NCBI GenBank assembly: GCA_044345405.1
Contig: JBIJBE010000027.1
Location: forward strand, 1-47,039
DNA: 47,039 nt
Direction: 5' to 3'
Source of the DNA: Bdellovibrionota bacterium
GTDB taxonomy: Bacteria; Bdellovibrionota_C; UBA2361; OMII01
Shown in pieces: positions 8,551-17,646 of the stretch. The translations under genes and the position numbers were made by a program. Position 1 is the first letter of the stretch. The number at the start of each line of letters is the position of its first letter. The notes under the pieces are model-generated. The model worked only from the letters and a program-made list of their open reading frames with translations, was not told the DNA's origin and searched no databases.

Positions 8551-10215
8551 TTAGCGCACAACTAAGCTTCGAGAGCGGTTATTGAGGGAATCCCTCACGT
8601 AGCAGCGCTCAGCCCGACGAGGACGCGACACCTTGAACGCGTAGTAGCCATCTTCGTCGCTCTTTGTGCTACGCGCCGAGATGGACTTACAGGTGAGGTA
8701 CATCCGCTTATCAGCGAGAGCTTCCTTAGCAGACGTCTTGATATAGCCATGAATGAGCGTGCGACGACTGTAACGCTTGGTTGAGATCGTTATCTTACGA
8801 GCCTCTCCATTTTCGCCCGGCGCCGCTATCGGCGTCGAAGCTGGCGGGGTCACTCCGCTCTGCGCCGTCACAACCGCGCGATACGCGTTGACGCGGCCGT
8901 TAGCGACAACCTTATCCTGAAGATCCGCTATGGGGTCCGAGGAAATCATGAGTGCGTATTTGAGCGCCGCGTAACCTAGGGTGGGATTCGCTGATTTCAT
9001 GAGGGCGGCGAGACCAGCCACGTACGGAGTTGCCATCGAGGTCCCACTCATAGTGACAAACTGGTCAGCGAGGTAGGTACTGACGATCCCAGCACCCGGC
9101 GCGGCCACATGCACCGAGCCCGCGCCGTAGTTTGAGAATGACGCGAGTTTATCCGAGGAATCGGTGGCGGCAACGGCTACCACATTTTCTAGCGGCGAAT
9201 TAGCCGGATACGTGGGGAATATATCGGTATTATCTGACTCGTTGCCCGACGCGGCGACCACAAGGACCCCCGCGTCCCGCGCGTATTGAATGGCGTTTTC
9301 AAGAACCGTGCTTGAGGAGGGACCACCTAACGAGAGGCTAATGACAGACGCTCCTCGATCGACCGCGTATTGAACGCCCGCGGCCACATCAGCATCGGTC
9401 CCTCCCCCACGGGGTCCCAGGGCTCGAACCGGCAAGATCCCTACCTGCCAATTTATTCCAACTACTCCGGTCCCATTATCGCCGCTCGCTCCCACGATAC
9501 CCGCGCAGTGCGTGCCATGTCCATTTTCGTCAACGGGGTCACCATCTCCGGCGAAGAAATCATAGCCGAAATAATCATCGATATATCCGTTACCATCGTC
9601 ATCGATATTATTGTTAGGGGTCTCTCCCCGGTTGATCGCGATGTTGCTGATCAGATCGCTATGGTTGTAGTAGACACCGGTATCCACGATCGCAACGATG
9701 ACACCTGCCGAGCCAGTCGTAACATCCCAAGCGCTATTGGCCTCCATTCGGGTCAACCCATAGAGCTGAGCAAAGGATGGGTCATTTGGCGTTTTCGATA
9801 TAAAGCGAGTCACGTTCGCCTCGCAGTGAAGCGGCACCCCCCTGTTCGCCTCGAGGATGCGCGCGCATTCGCGCTCAATGTCCGCTGTATCGACCTCGAC
9901 CGGGCCCGCGCTCTCAATCCGTACCTCCGCTTTCGAAGAGACTACCGCTACACGGTCCTGAGCCATGAGATCCCGCACCGCAAGATCAGAGGGAAGTCGA
10001 AGATGAGCCACAGCGTACGCCCCTACAGAGCTCGATTGGCGCGTTGGTTTGTAGGACACAACTATCTCTTTGCCCCGAGTCACTAAGACCCGATCCTGCC
10101 CGATAGCGAACGAGACATTCGTGAGTACCGCGAGCACCACGAACGCCACCCACCCGTAGACGCGAGGGTAGCGGGAACGTTGTACAACGTCACATGGCGT
10201 GAGTGGTGCGGGCAT
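8551..10215 (-). CDS. Secreted S8 (subtilisin-like) serine peptidase
   Basis: Catalytic triad VAIVDTG, HGTHCAG, SGTSMATP; NNIDDDGNGYIDD Ca-binding insert; N-terminal signal and propeptide. Confidence 0.93.
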   Translation of the reverse strand: MPAPLTPCDVVQRSRYPRVYGWVAFVVLAVLTNVSFAIGQDRVLVTRGKEIVVSYKPTRQSSSVGAYAVAHLRLPSDLAVRDLMAQDRVAVVSSKAEVRIESAGPVEVDTADIERECARILEANRGVPLHCEANVTRFISKTPNDPSFAQLYGLTRMEANSAWDVTTGSAGVIVAIVDTGVYYNHSDLISNIAINRGETPNNNIDDDGNGYIDDYFGYDFFAGDGDPVDENGHGTHCAGIVGASGDNGTGVVGINWQVGILPVRALGPRGGGTDADVAAGVQYAVDRGASVISLSLGGPSSSTVLENAIQYARDAGVLVVAASGNESDNTDIFPTYPANSPLENVVAVAATDSSDKLASFSNYGAGSVHVAAPGAGIVSTYLADQFVTMSGTSMATPYVAGLAALMKSANPTLGYAALKYALMISSDPIADLQDKVVANGRVNAYRAVVTAQSGVTPPASTPIAAPGENGEARKITISTKRYSRRTLIHGYIKTSAKEALADKRMYLTCKSISARSTKSDEDGYYAFKVSRPRRAERCYVRDSLNNRSRSLVVR

Positions 10216-10336
10216 GAAGGATATGTCGGCACATTCCTCCAGATTCGTGAGCGAATTCTATCAACGCTAAGTGGCTGTAATACCGAGAGAAATCAGCGCA
10301 ATTCGTACGATTTTCGCCTAGTTCGAGTATGCGGGA

Positions 10337-10831
10337 CTAACGGGCGCCCGGCGCTCGCTTCGGATTCTCTCGCCGCCACGCCATGATCTCAACCGCGGCG
10401 AGCCCCGCCTCGAGCCCCTTATTCTTTTCGTCATCAGCGCATCGCGCCTTCACGTACTCAAGGGTATCGACCGGTATGATCTCATTGATGATAGGGATGT
10501 CGTTCTCAAACATCACCCGTTCGATTCCGCTATTGGCGAGATCTTTGACCATCTCGAAGTGATAGGTGTCGCCCTTGAGGATGACACCGAAGACTATGAT
10601 CGACTCAAGGCTCGGGTCGATTTCAACGAGACGTTTAGCGGCTAAGGGGATTTCAAGGGAACCGGGCACCACGTGCACCTTCGGTTGTGCGCATCCTGCT
10701 TGATCCAAAACGCCGAGACACTTCTTCACCATGGACTCGGTGAACTCTCGATACCACTTGGAGATAATGATTGCGGTGCGAGCACCGTCGACGCGTGGAA
10801 CCTGGGTTGTTGAGTAGGAGGTTTGTGCCAT
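10337..10831 (-). CDS. ribH: 6,7-dimethyl-8-ribityllumazine synthase
   Basis: AIIISKW, VPGSLEIPLAA, GVILKGDTYHFEMV, NKGLEAGLAAVE. Confidence 0.93.
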   Translation of the reverse strand: MAQTSYSTTQVPRVDGARTAIIISKWYREFTESMVKKCLGVLDQAGCAQPKVHVVPGSLEIPLAAKRLVEIDPSLESIIVFGVILKGDTYHFEMVKDLANSGIERVMFENDIPIINEIIPVDTLEYVKARCADDEKNKGLEAGLAAVEIMAWRRENPKRAPGAR

Positions 10832-10937
10832 ACCAAGGGCTCCCTAAATCGAACTCTTGAACAGAGGTGGATTGCTGAAAGAGCAGACGTCATGAACGTT
10901 TCGAACGTCACTCTCGGCGGGCCGCCAACACTTAAAG

Positions 10938-11020
10938 TACCGAAGGAGGGACTTGAACCCCCACACCCTCGCAGGTAGCGGATTTTGAATCCGCCGCGTC
11001 TACCATTCCGCCACTCCGGC
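10938..11020 (-). tRNA. tRNA-Leu (CAA)
   Basis: GCCGGAGTGGCGGAATGGTAGACGCGGCGGATTCAAAATCCGC...GGTTCAAGTCCCTCCTTCGGTA; long variable arm; CCA not encoded. Confidence 0.96.
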
Positions 11021-11163
11021 CCGTGGAAGGAAGGTTGTAGACCGAAATTCATTGCATTTCAAGGGGCTGGAGGGATGAGAGAGGTCGCCGGCGCATGGTG
11101 TTTGAGGGACTAGGTTTTTTGGACCTGGGAGGGAGGGGAGGACGCATAGGAGCGGAGGGAATT

Positions 11164-11244
11164 AATCGACGACGTTGACGTAGCACGGTAACCGTCGACG
11201 AATCACGGGTTACGTTTTATCGTCAATCGTCACCGTCTACGATT
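11164..11244. repeat. Degenerate hexamer-based inverted repeat downstream of plsC
   Basis: Left arm AATCGACGACGTTGACG matches the reverse complement of the right arm (AATCGTAGACGGTGACG) at 14/17; roughly 6-nt CG periodicity. Confidence 0.55.
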
Positions 11245-11279
11245 GAAATTCCCCTGGCCCCACTGGGAAAGACAGTCAC

Positions 11280-12056
11280 CTACGAATCATCCCCCACCGA
11301 ACCCCGAATCCTACCCTCAACCTCCGCAAGCACCTCCTCAGGTGGTCGTCCGTTCGGCTCTACCGGATCAAGAAACTCCATCTCGATCGTGGTTCCAAAA
11401 GGGATGGGAAGAAATTGATACCGCAAGATGCGCCAGTTTCCTCGAATAGCAACCGGTTGAATCAGCGCGGAGGGCATCGCCTTCACAAGGGTTATAAAAC
11501 CACTCGGTCGAAAACTCTTCACCACTCCATCGCGAGCCCGGGTCCCTTCGGGGAAGATAGCCGCCACCTGCTGCGCTCGCTCCTTCGTCTCACCGAACTC
11601 GCTGATCGCTCGCAACGATGCCTTTGCGTCTTTGCGATCGATCAACACCGACCCCAACGTTCGCAGCGCTAGGGAGATGCTCGGAATCCACTTTCCAAGC
11701 TCCTTCTTGGAGATAAAGCCGATCTCACGAGCGCGACACGCCCACATCATCATCGGGATGTCGTACATACTTTGGTGATTGGAAACGAGGATGATCGATC
11801 TCCCGGTGGGCAGATTCGGCTGGCCGATATACGAGAACCGCGCGCCGGCGAGTATGCGGATATTCCACACGATACAGATGTTCATGAGATCGAGCGCCCA
11901 TTTCTGAGCGCCTCGTCCGAACAAGGACGCGGCGAGTTGCACCACGTGAAAGACACAAAGGATGGCGAAGAAAACGACGATGTAGAACGGTGTACAGATC
12001 CAACTGATAACTTTTCCGCACTCTCGCTTCTTGTCCGGACTCATCTGCATAGGCAC
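11280..12056 (-). CDS. plsC: 1-acyl-sn-glycerol-3-phosphate acyltransferase
   Basis: NHQSMYD (HX4D), FISKKEL, IDR, FPEGTR. Start is GTG 12056 overlapping the upstream stop, or ATG 12050. Confidence 0.88.
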   Translation of the reverse strand: MPMQMSPDKKRECGKVISWICTPFYIVVFFAILCVFHVVQLAASLFGRGAQKWALDLMNICIVWNIRILAGARFSYIGQPNLPTGRSIILVSNHQSMYDIPMMMWACRAREIGFISKKELGKWIPSISLALRTLGSVLIDRKDAKASLRAISEFGETKERAQQVAAIFPEGTRARDGVVKSFRPSGFITLVKAMPSALIQPVAIRGNWRILRYQFLPIPFGTTIEMEFLDPVEPNGRPPEEVLAEVEGRIRGSVGDDS

Positions 12057-12607
12057 TACTCCCCACCCTCCATCTTCATCCTTCGCAGCTGCATGTCGAC
12101 CGCATGAATGACCTTGAGCCTGAGACTCTCCGGACTCATACCACCCGGGCGAAGCAGGGGCGACGAGGCAACGTTTTGAAGGATCTCCTCTTTTTGATCC
12201 GCCGGCACATCGGCCATGTGAAGATGGCGAACCCGATCGAGCATACGCGCGAGCGCGACACACGAAATCCATGCAGGAGTCGATGGCGTGCCCTGACGAA
12301 TATCCCTGACGTCAGAGAGAACCTCTTGAGGAATATCAACGTGATCGGGAAGCGCGCTGTACACGGTGGCTCGAAGAACGTGGGGAGTGACCTCATCGCA
12401 CTCCTGGATCACAAGGGAAACGAGTCGCGCGATGCGAGGGTTAAAGGAGACCCCCTCCTCTCGAACGACACCGAGCTCATCATTACCGCCACGATCTGCA
12501 ACCTCGGCGTAATAGTGCGCGAACTCCTCAACGACCTGCCGTCCGTAGAGACGCGTGAGGGAGCCAGCCAACCCGGGACACTCTTTTGTGAGGCGATCCA
12601 ACATCAT
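12056..12607 (-). CDS. Hypothetical protein, possibly a degenerate HD/RelA-SpoT hydrolase-like fold
   Basis: FNPRIARLVSLV..E...TPHVLRATVYSAL and VALARMLDRVRHLH echo HP..VA.IL/AALLHD/KLADRL.N.R motifs, but HD is absent. Confidence 0.6.
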   Translation of the reverse strand: MMLDRLTKECPGLAGSLTRLYGRQVVEEFAHYYAEVADRGGNDELGVVREEGVSFNPRIARLVSLVIQECDEVTPHVLRATVYSALPDHVDIPQEVLSDVRDIRQGTPSTPAWISCVALARMLDRVRHLHMADVPADQKEEILQNVASSPLLRPGGMSPESLRLKVIHAVDMQLRRMKMEGGE

Positions 12608-12801
12608 ACTTTCGCGAAACGAAACGGCATCATAGCGGTGTTATGTCACACTGCTTGGTCCCATAACCAATAATCAAGTGGTTAAGATAGAAACAGGGGC
12701 ATTTTACCCTTATGGTACCTGGTGAATATCCTTCGGGGTCGTTAGTATCAGATAGTCAGCTTGGGCGCGAGTACTCCCCCAGTACGATTGCATGGAGGCA
12801 C

Positions 12802-13710
12802 ATGACTCGGTCGACAACATTCCGCTCACTTCTAACAGCTTTTGTGGCTGGTACCCTTTCGATAGGCTCTATGACTGCACGCGCAGACGACTACATCGCC
12901 CCCCACCTCGTTAAAGTTTCGACTCCTCTCTATAAGGCTCCGACCCAACGATTCAAACCTAAGCTTGGCACCTACGAGTACACGGTAGGATGGCAAGGGA
13001 TCCCAGCCGCTTCATGTACCCTGACGGTGGATGAGCGCGATGGAAAGTACATGATTGAGGCAGCCGCTCGCACGTACAGCGGCGTCGATGTTCTCTACAA
13101 GCTTCGGTACACCGCGACCGGAGTGTTGGACGCGGCGACCCTTCAACCGGAGAGCCTCGTCATCAATCACGATGAGAACGCGCGTCACAAGAACATCGAC
13201 ATGCGATTCGAGGAGTCGGGCAACAAGATCACAGCGGTTCGTAGCAAGGGACCGCAAGATCCCGATAAGAAATTGGTGTCGTTTGATCCAGATAACATGA
13301 CCCTCGATCCGATCGGCGCCGCGTTCCTCGCTCGAGCGCTCCCGTGGGAAGTTGGTCAGAGCAGAGACCTTGATGTGTTCAACGGTAAAAGCCGCTATTT
13401 CATCACCCTCTCCGCCGTTGAGAAGACCTCGATCATGTTCCAAGGGGAGATGCGCAAGGTTATCGTGATAACCCCTCGCGTGAGAAACCTCTCAACCACG
13501 AAGCCTCGCTCCAAACTGCGTGAGGCGTTCATCTACATTACCGATGACGATCAGCACGAGGTACTCAAGATAGTGAGCTCCGTCTTTATCGGGAGCGTTA
13601 CAACCGAGCTGGAGTCCTTCGTGCCGGCGTCAGCCAACCGATCTCCTCTCGTTATAGCGCAAGCGGCTAACTCCGATGAGGCCCGGGCTCAGATGAGGGT
13701 GGCGAACTAA
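12802..13710 (+). CDS. Exported DUF3108-like protein
   Basis: Signal peptide ending ARA; YEYTVGWQGIPAA, TLDPIGAAFLAR, VFNGKSRY, IYITDDDQH.VLKI...FIGSVT.EL. GGAGG RBS before ATG 12802. Confidence 0.7.
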   Translation: MTRSTTFRSLLTAFVAGTLSIGSMTARADDYIAPHLVKVSTPLYKAPTQRFKPKLGTYEYTVGWQGIPAASCTLTVDERDGKYMIEAAARTYSGVDVLYKLRYTATGVLDAATLQPESLVINHDENARHKNIDMRFEESGNKITAVRSKGPQDPDKKLVSFDPDNMTLDPIGAAFLARALPWEVGQSRDLDVFNGKSRYFITLSAVEKTSIMFQGEMRKVIVITPRVRNLSTTKPRSKLREAFIYITDDDQHEVLKIVSSVFIGSVTTELESFVPASANRSPLVIAQAANSDEARAQMRVAN

Positions 13711-13794
13711 CGCCTTCGAAGCTCGGCCTACACCTGGTACCATCTGGACCCTTGTAACCCGCTTCAACAGCGGGTATTCCAATGCCAGGTCGGT

Positions 13795-15297
13795 ATGCAC
13801 AATCCCCTTCCCCCTCTCTGGCGCCCCGCTGATAAAGCTCTTCGCGGCGCCGCGTACATCTTGTTTTTGATTCCGGTAGTCGCCTACATCGTGTGCGCCC
13901 TGCAGCGTCTTGGGTCTCCGATCGAACTTGAGTGGATGGAGGGAGGGTCCCTTCAGATGATGCATCGAGTACTCTCCGGCAAACCGTTGTACGCTCCGCC
14001 ATCAGTGGAGTTCGTCCCTTATACCTACACACCTCTTTATTTCTACCTTTCGGCGCTTGTTAGTTTTGTTGTGGGAGCGGATTTTTTTCCGTTACGACTC
14101 GTGTCGTTCACGGCATCTCTGGCCACCTTCTTTTTTATCTTCGCTATAGTCCGACGAGAAGCGGGAAGTACCCTTGCCGGCGTGGCCGCGGCGGGACTCT
14201 TCGCGGGAAGCTACGCCGTCAACGGAAACTGGTTCGACATCGCTCGGATCGATTCACTCTGCGTCGCGTTCATCTTGAGTGGGATATGGTTCGCGTTTGG
14301 GCGGGGGCGCCCGTTCGAACTCATTGTGGGCGGACTCCTTGTAACTCTCGCCTTCTTCACGAAACAGGTCGCACTGGTTATCGCGGGGCCACTCATCGTC
14401 GCGGTGGTAGCCCGACATGGAGCCCGGGGATTGTTCTTTGCGTTCACAACCCTCCTTGCGATCGGGGTCGGATGTGTGGCGATGGAAGCTCTCCACGAAG
14501 GTTGGTTCATGTTTTACGTAATGGAATCGCCTCGAACGCGGTGGCAGAACAACCTCTCCCTGACCCACCTGGCTCGAGCGACCTTCATAGAATTCGCTCC
14601 TCTCTTCATACTACCACTCGCCGCTGCGACCGTCCCGTTATGGAACCTCGCGACACATCCAACCCGCGCAGGAGTATCATTCCTCATCGCACTCAGCGGT
14701 CTCTTTCTCGCGGCGGCGTGGGGGCGTGTAGAGTCGATCAATTTTCTTAACTCATCGATACCGGCCCATCTCGGAATGGCGCTTCTCTTCGGGTTAGCGC
14801 TTAGTGGAATCTCTTCATCCGTTGGTCGTGTGTTCGTTGTCGGCGCCTTCACGCTTCAGCTGTGCATCTTCACGAGCATGCTCGGCCCCCTCGTCCCGCA
14901 CGAGCGTGAACTCGCCAACTACCGCAGCTACACCGAGCTTGTCACCGCGCTCCCGAAACCCACCTATATTCCAGACCAAGGATACGTAACCACGCTCGGA
15001 AGCGAAGGCTCCTTCGCTCATTCAATCGGCATCATGGATCTCATGATGGGAGGATCTGCCCCAATCGTCGCGAAATTCCGACAAGAGATGGAAAGCGCGT
15101 TGGACGCAAAGAAATTTGGAACGATAGTCTGCGACACCGATCTCTTTCCGCGTTGGTTTAAGGAAGCGCTTGAACGCAACTACGAGGTCGATACTTCCGC
15201 CAACCCCCAGGGAGCCTCAACGCCGGTGCTGGGATTCCAACACCGTCCAGTGATGTATACGCGGCGAGCAGCGAAATCTTTACGCCCTCTTTCTTGA
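13795..15297 (+). CDS. ArnT/PMT-like (GT39/GT83, GT-C) membrane glycosyltransferase
   Basis: ELEWMEG, YTYTPLYFYL, RLVSF, WFDIARIDSL, FFTKQ; multiple TM helices. Confidence 0.75.
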   Translation: MHNPLPPLWRPADKALRGAAYILFLIPVVAYIVCALQRLGSPIELEWMEGGSLQMMHRVLSGKPLYAPPSVEFVPYTYTPLYFYLSALVSFVVGADFFPLRLVSFTASLATFFFIFAIVRREAGSTLAGVAAAGLFAGSYAVNGNWFDIARIDSLCVAFILSGIWFAFGRGRPFELIVGGLLVTLAFFTKQVALVIAGPLIVAVVARHGARGLFFAFTTLLAIGVGCVAMEALHEGWFMFYVMESPRTRWQNNLSLTHLARATFIEFAPLFILPLAAATVPLWNLATHPTRAGVSFLIALSGLFLAAAWGRVESINFLNSSIPAHLGMALLFGLALSGISSSVGRVFVVGAFTLQLCIFTSMLGPLVPHERELANYRSYTELVTALPKPTYIPDQGYVTTLGSEGSFAHSIGIMDLMMGGSAPIVAKFRQEMESALDAKKFGTIVCDTDLFPRWFKEALERNYEVDTSANPQGASTPVLGFQHRPVMYTRRAAKSLRPLS

Positions 15298-15366
15298 GGA
15301 AAAGTGAGAACATAGGTGCGAGCACGTTGCTGAAGCGCCCATGCGCGAGAGCCCCTCCCCTCTTGC

Positions 15367-15474
15367 ACACCGTACTTCCTGTACCGACAGATGCCCACTG
15401 CCGCGAACATATAGGCATTTCGCTAAAGACCGAAGTGGAGGACGGGAACTTGTTGCATGTTCTCTGGAAAGTAG
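15367..15474 (+). repeat. Element X, copy 1 (ends truncated)
   Basis: About 108 bp nearly identical to 16451-16558. Confidence 0.9.
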
Positions 15475-15475
15475 C

Positions 15476-15689
15476 GAAAACTCGCGTCAGTCACGACTTT
15501 CCCGACTTTCCTCTTATGCGATCTTTATCCGATCCTAGTCGGGCAGGTTTAATGCTGGTGACAAGCGACAGGTAACGTCTCAAAGCCGCTTCGCGAGATA
15601 AGGAAAACAGTGAGTCTCATCCCGCAAAGAACGCGGCGCTGAAAAAGCAGGAAATCCATGACTGACACGAGTTTACGACACGAGTTTCC
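15476..15689 (+). mobile_element. MITE/REPIN-like element Y, copy 1, with a duplicated right end
   Basis: Begins AAACTCGCGTCAGTCACGACTTTC and ends CATGACTGACACGAGTTT followed by a second GACACGAGTTTCC. Colinear but diverged relative to 16247-16443. Confidence 0.8.
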
Positions 15690-15731
15690 AACCAGAAAGG
15701 CGATCGATTTGCCAACACATACGCACCTCTA

Positions 15732-16247
15732 ATGATTACCGGAGATTTCGGGATTGACTCAAAGGGTCCCGACAGCAATAAAGCTGGCATGCCATCTTAC
15801 ATAATCGTGTCTCGCAATCTGTCGATGCTTTGGGGAATGCTTTTTTCTACCCTCGTACTTTGGTCAATTTTTATTGTCGCTGCACCGCTAGGCTTACTAT
15901 CGGGCACTGCAGTTTTGTTCGGTATGGCGCCCCTTGTAGGGCTTATCGCAGGTCAGCAGAGTATGTTTGCTGGCGTGTTTGGCTTAGTTAGCCTCGTGCT
16001 AGTTGGGGCAGCTTTTATACTTGCGACTCGAATTTTTCGGGCTCCTTTAATCACCGGCGATGAAATTGCAATCCAAGATGTTCAACGATTGATGATCGGT
16101 CGTTTACTTTCTTGGTGGATAACCATACCAGCAAGTATGTTTGCTTTTCTACTGGCTGCGGCCGGTAACAAACTAATCAGCCTGCCATTCTTGGTCATAA
16201 GTATAGGGGCCCTGTTCCTACTAAAGCCGTCAAGGAAAACATCCTAG
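15732..16247 (+). CDS. Hypothetical membrane protein (AT-richer cargo gene between the Y elements)
   Basis: 171-aa ORF with 4-5 hydrophobic segments. Its stop codon overlaps the first base of the Y2 inverted repeat. Confidence 0.7.
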   Translation: MITGDFGIDSKGPDSNKAGMPSYIIVSRNLSMLWGMLFSTLVLWSIFIVAAPLGLLSGTAVLFGMAPLVGLIAGQQSMFAGVFGLVSLVLVGAAFILATRIFRAPLITGDEIAIQDVQRLMIGRLLSWWITIPASMFAFLLAAAGNKLISLPFLVISIGALFLLKPSRKTS

Positions 16248-16443
16248 GAAACTCGTGTCAGTCACGACTTTCTCGACTTTCCGCTTATGCGATCTTTGTC
16301 CGTTCCTAGTCGGGCAGGTTTCTGGTGGCAAGCGACAGGTAACGTGTCAAGCCAGGTTCGCGAGATGGGGAGAACAATGAGTCTCATCCCGCAAAGAACG
16401 CGGCGCTGAAAAAGCAGGAAAGTCATGACTGACACGAGTTTCC
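16247..16443 (+). mobile_element. MITE/REPIN-like element Y, copy 2 (197 bp, 26-bp terminal inverted repeats)
   Basis: GGAAACTCGTGTCAGTCACGACTTTC ... GAAAGTCATGACTGACACGAGTTTCC, 25/26 complementary. Confidence 0.85.
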
Positions 16444-16445
16444 CG

Positions 16446-16568
16446 CTGGTACACCGTACTTCCTGTACCGACAGATGCCCACTGCCGCGAACATATAGGC
16501 ATTTCGCTAAAGACCGAAGTGGAGGACGGGAACTTGTTGCATGTTCTCTGAAAAGTAGGATGTACCAG
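16446..16568 (+). mobile_element. Element X, copy 2 (123 bp, 16-bp imperfect terminal inverted repeats)
   Basis: CTGGTACACCGTACTT ... AAGTAGGATGTACCAG, 14/16 complementary. A further copy of the left end, GGTACACCGTACTT, is at 17556-17569. Confidence 0.8.
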
Positions 16569-16615
16569 TCGATGCCTGTAGCCGGGCAGGAAATTTGATT
16601 AGCCCATCCGGTGGC

Positions 16616-16859
16616 GCTACCCTCCCGGAATAACATTTGTGGTGGGGGTAGAGGACCTCTGACCCCGTAGCGGCCAAACTCGGGCATCGAGTTGGCCGGT
16701 ACGGGAAAGAGGCATTCTGATAGAGGTTTTGTAGCGATGCGTGCTCGACTGAAGCTATCGTGTCTTGTGGCCCTTGAGGATGCCGTTAAGGCGTCTTGAG
16801 GGGCAACAAGACCCTGGGATGGTCCGCGGAAGGTCCGTGGTTCAGAACTGGGAGGTAGC
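16616..16859 (+). ncRNA. Candidate structured RNA / 5' leader of unknown class
   Basis: Hairpins at 16656-16712, 16762-16812 (mismatches mostly G-U on the + strand) and 16824-16840, enclosed by GCTACCCTCCC (16616-16626) pairing with GGGAGGTAGC (16850-16859). Confidence 0.5.
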
Positions 16860-16876
16860 CAACAGAGGGCTCGCCC

Positions 16877-17407
16877 TTGAACAGTAAGAAGAGCAAGATC
16901 AGCCGAACGACAGCATCATCCGAAAACCGCTCTCGCGCGACTCTCCGGTCGGCCATGCGGCTTTCTGGAGTTGCTAGGGGGAATCTCACCCGGAGTAAAG
17001 AGCCTATACGCTCTGAGCAGGAGGCCAAAGACCGCCTGCGGCGTATTTACGGCTCGCTGGTGAAGCCCAGTGAGCTTTCCATCCTCGATCGCTTCGCGAG
17101 CGAGTGGTGGGCGGCGCATAAGGCTCAGCACGAGGAGGAACAACCGAATCAGGGGCGCGCAAGCGAATCCCCCATATCGGTCGCTGACCTCCAGAACGTG
17201 GCGAAGCTCAAGGAAGAGATCCTTTTCTTCCTTGATAACAGACGACACGACCTGGATGCGTTGTCCGATATCGTTGATCTCGTAAACCTAATCGGCGGCT
17301 TGGAGCGTGCGAAACGCGCTCAGGCGGTGCTGGAACAGCTTATCAACCCCCATGACTTCGCAGACGAGTCTGAGGAGTCTAAGGTTCCGACGGCAGCCGC
17401 AAGCTAA
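16877..17407 (+). CDS. Hypothetical protein with basic N-terminus and helical C-terminus
   Basis: 176-aa ORF with host-like codon usage. Start is uncertain (TTG 16877 or ATG 16955). Confidence 0.65.
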   Translation: MNSKKSKISRTTASSENRSRATLRSAMRLSGVARGNLTRSKEPIRSEQEAKDRLRRIYGSLVKPSELSILDRFASEWWAAHKAQHEEEQPNQGRASESPISVADLQNVAKLKEEILFFLDNRRHDLDALSDIVDLVNLIGGLERAKRAQAVLEQLINPHDFADESEESKVPTAAAS

Positions 17408-17646
17408 GTCGAAACAACCTTCATACTTTTTGTACGGGCTTGCAGAATGCCTCTTCACCCCGTACATCTTCTCCTCTCCCTTGCCTCGATCGTCGAGACG
17501 TATCGCGGCATGTAGGAGTCTGGCTCTGCCAGCTGCCGGCTAAGTACCCTCCTCAGGTACACCGTACTTTTCATGCGAAACATACGGGCCCCTCTATGGG
17601 TCGCAACGAGACGAGACGTTCCCCTCGCGGTCAGATGCCCGGGGCG

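Noticed and set aside
16824-16872. GGAAGGTCC and CAACAGAGGGC faintly resemble RNase P RNA or cobalamin riboswitch motifs
   Set aside because: The other universally conserved segments of those RNAs are missing.
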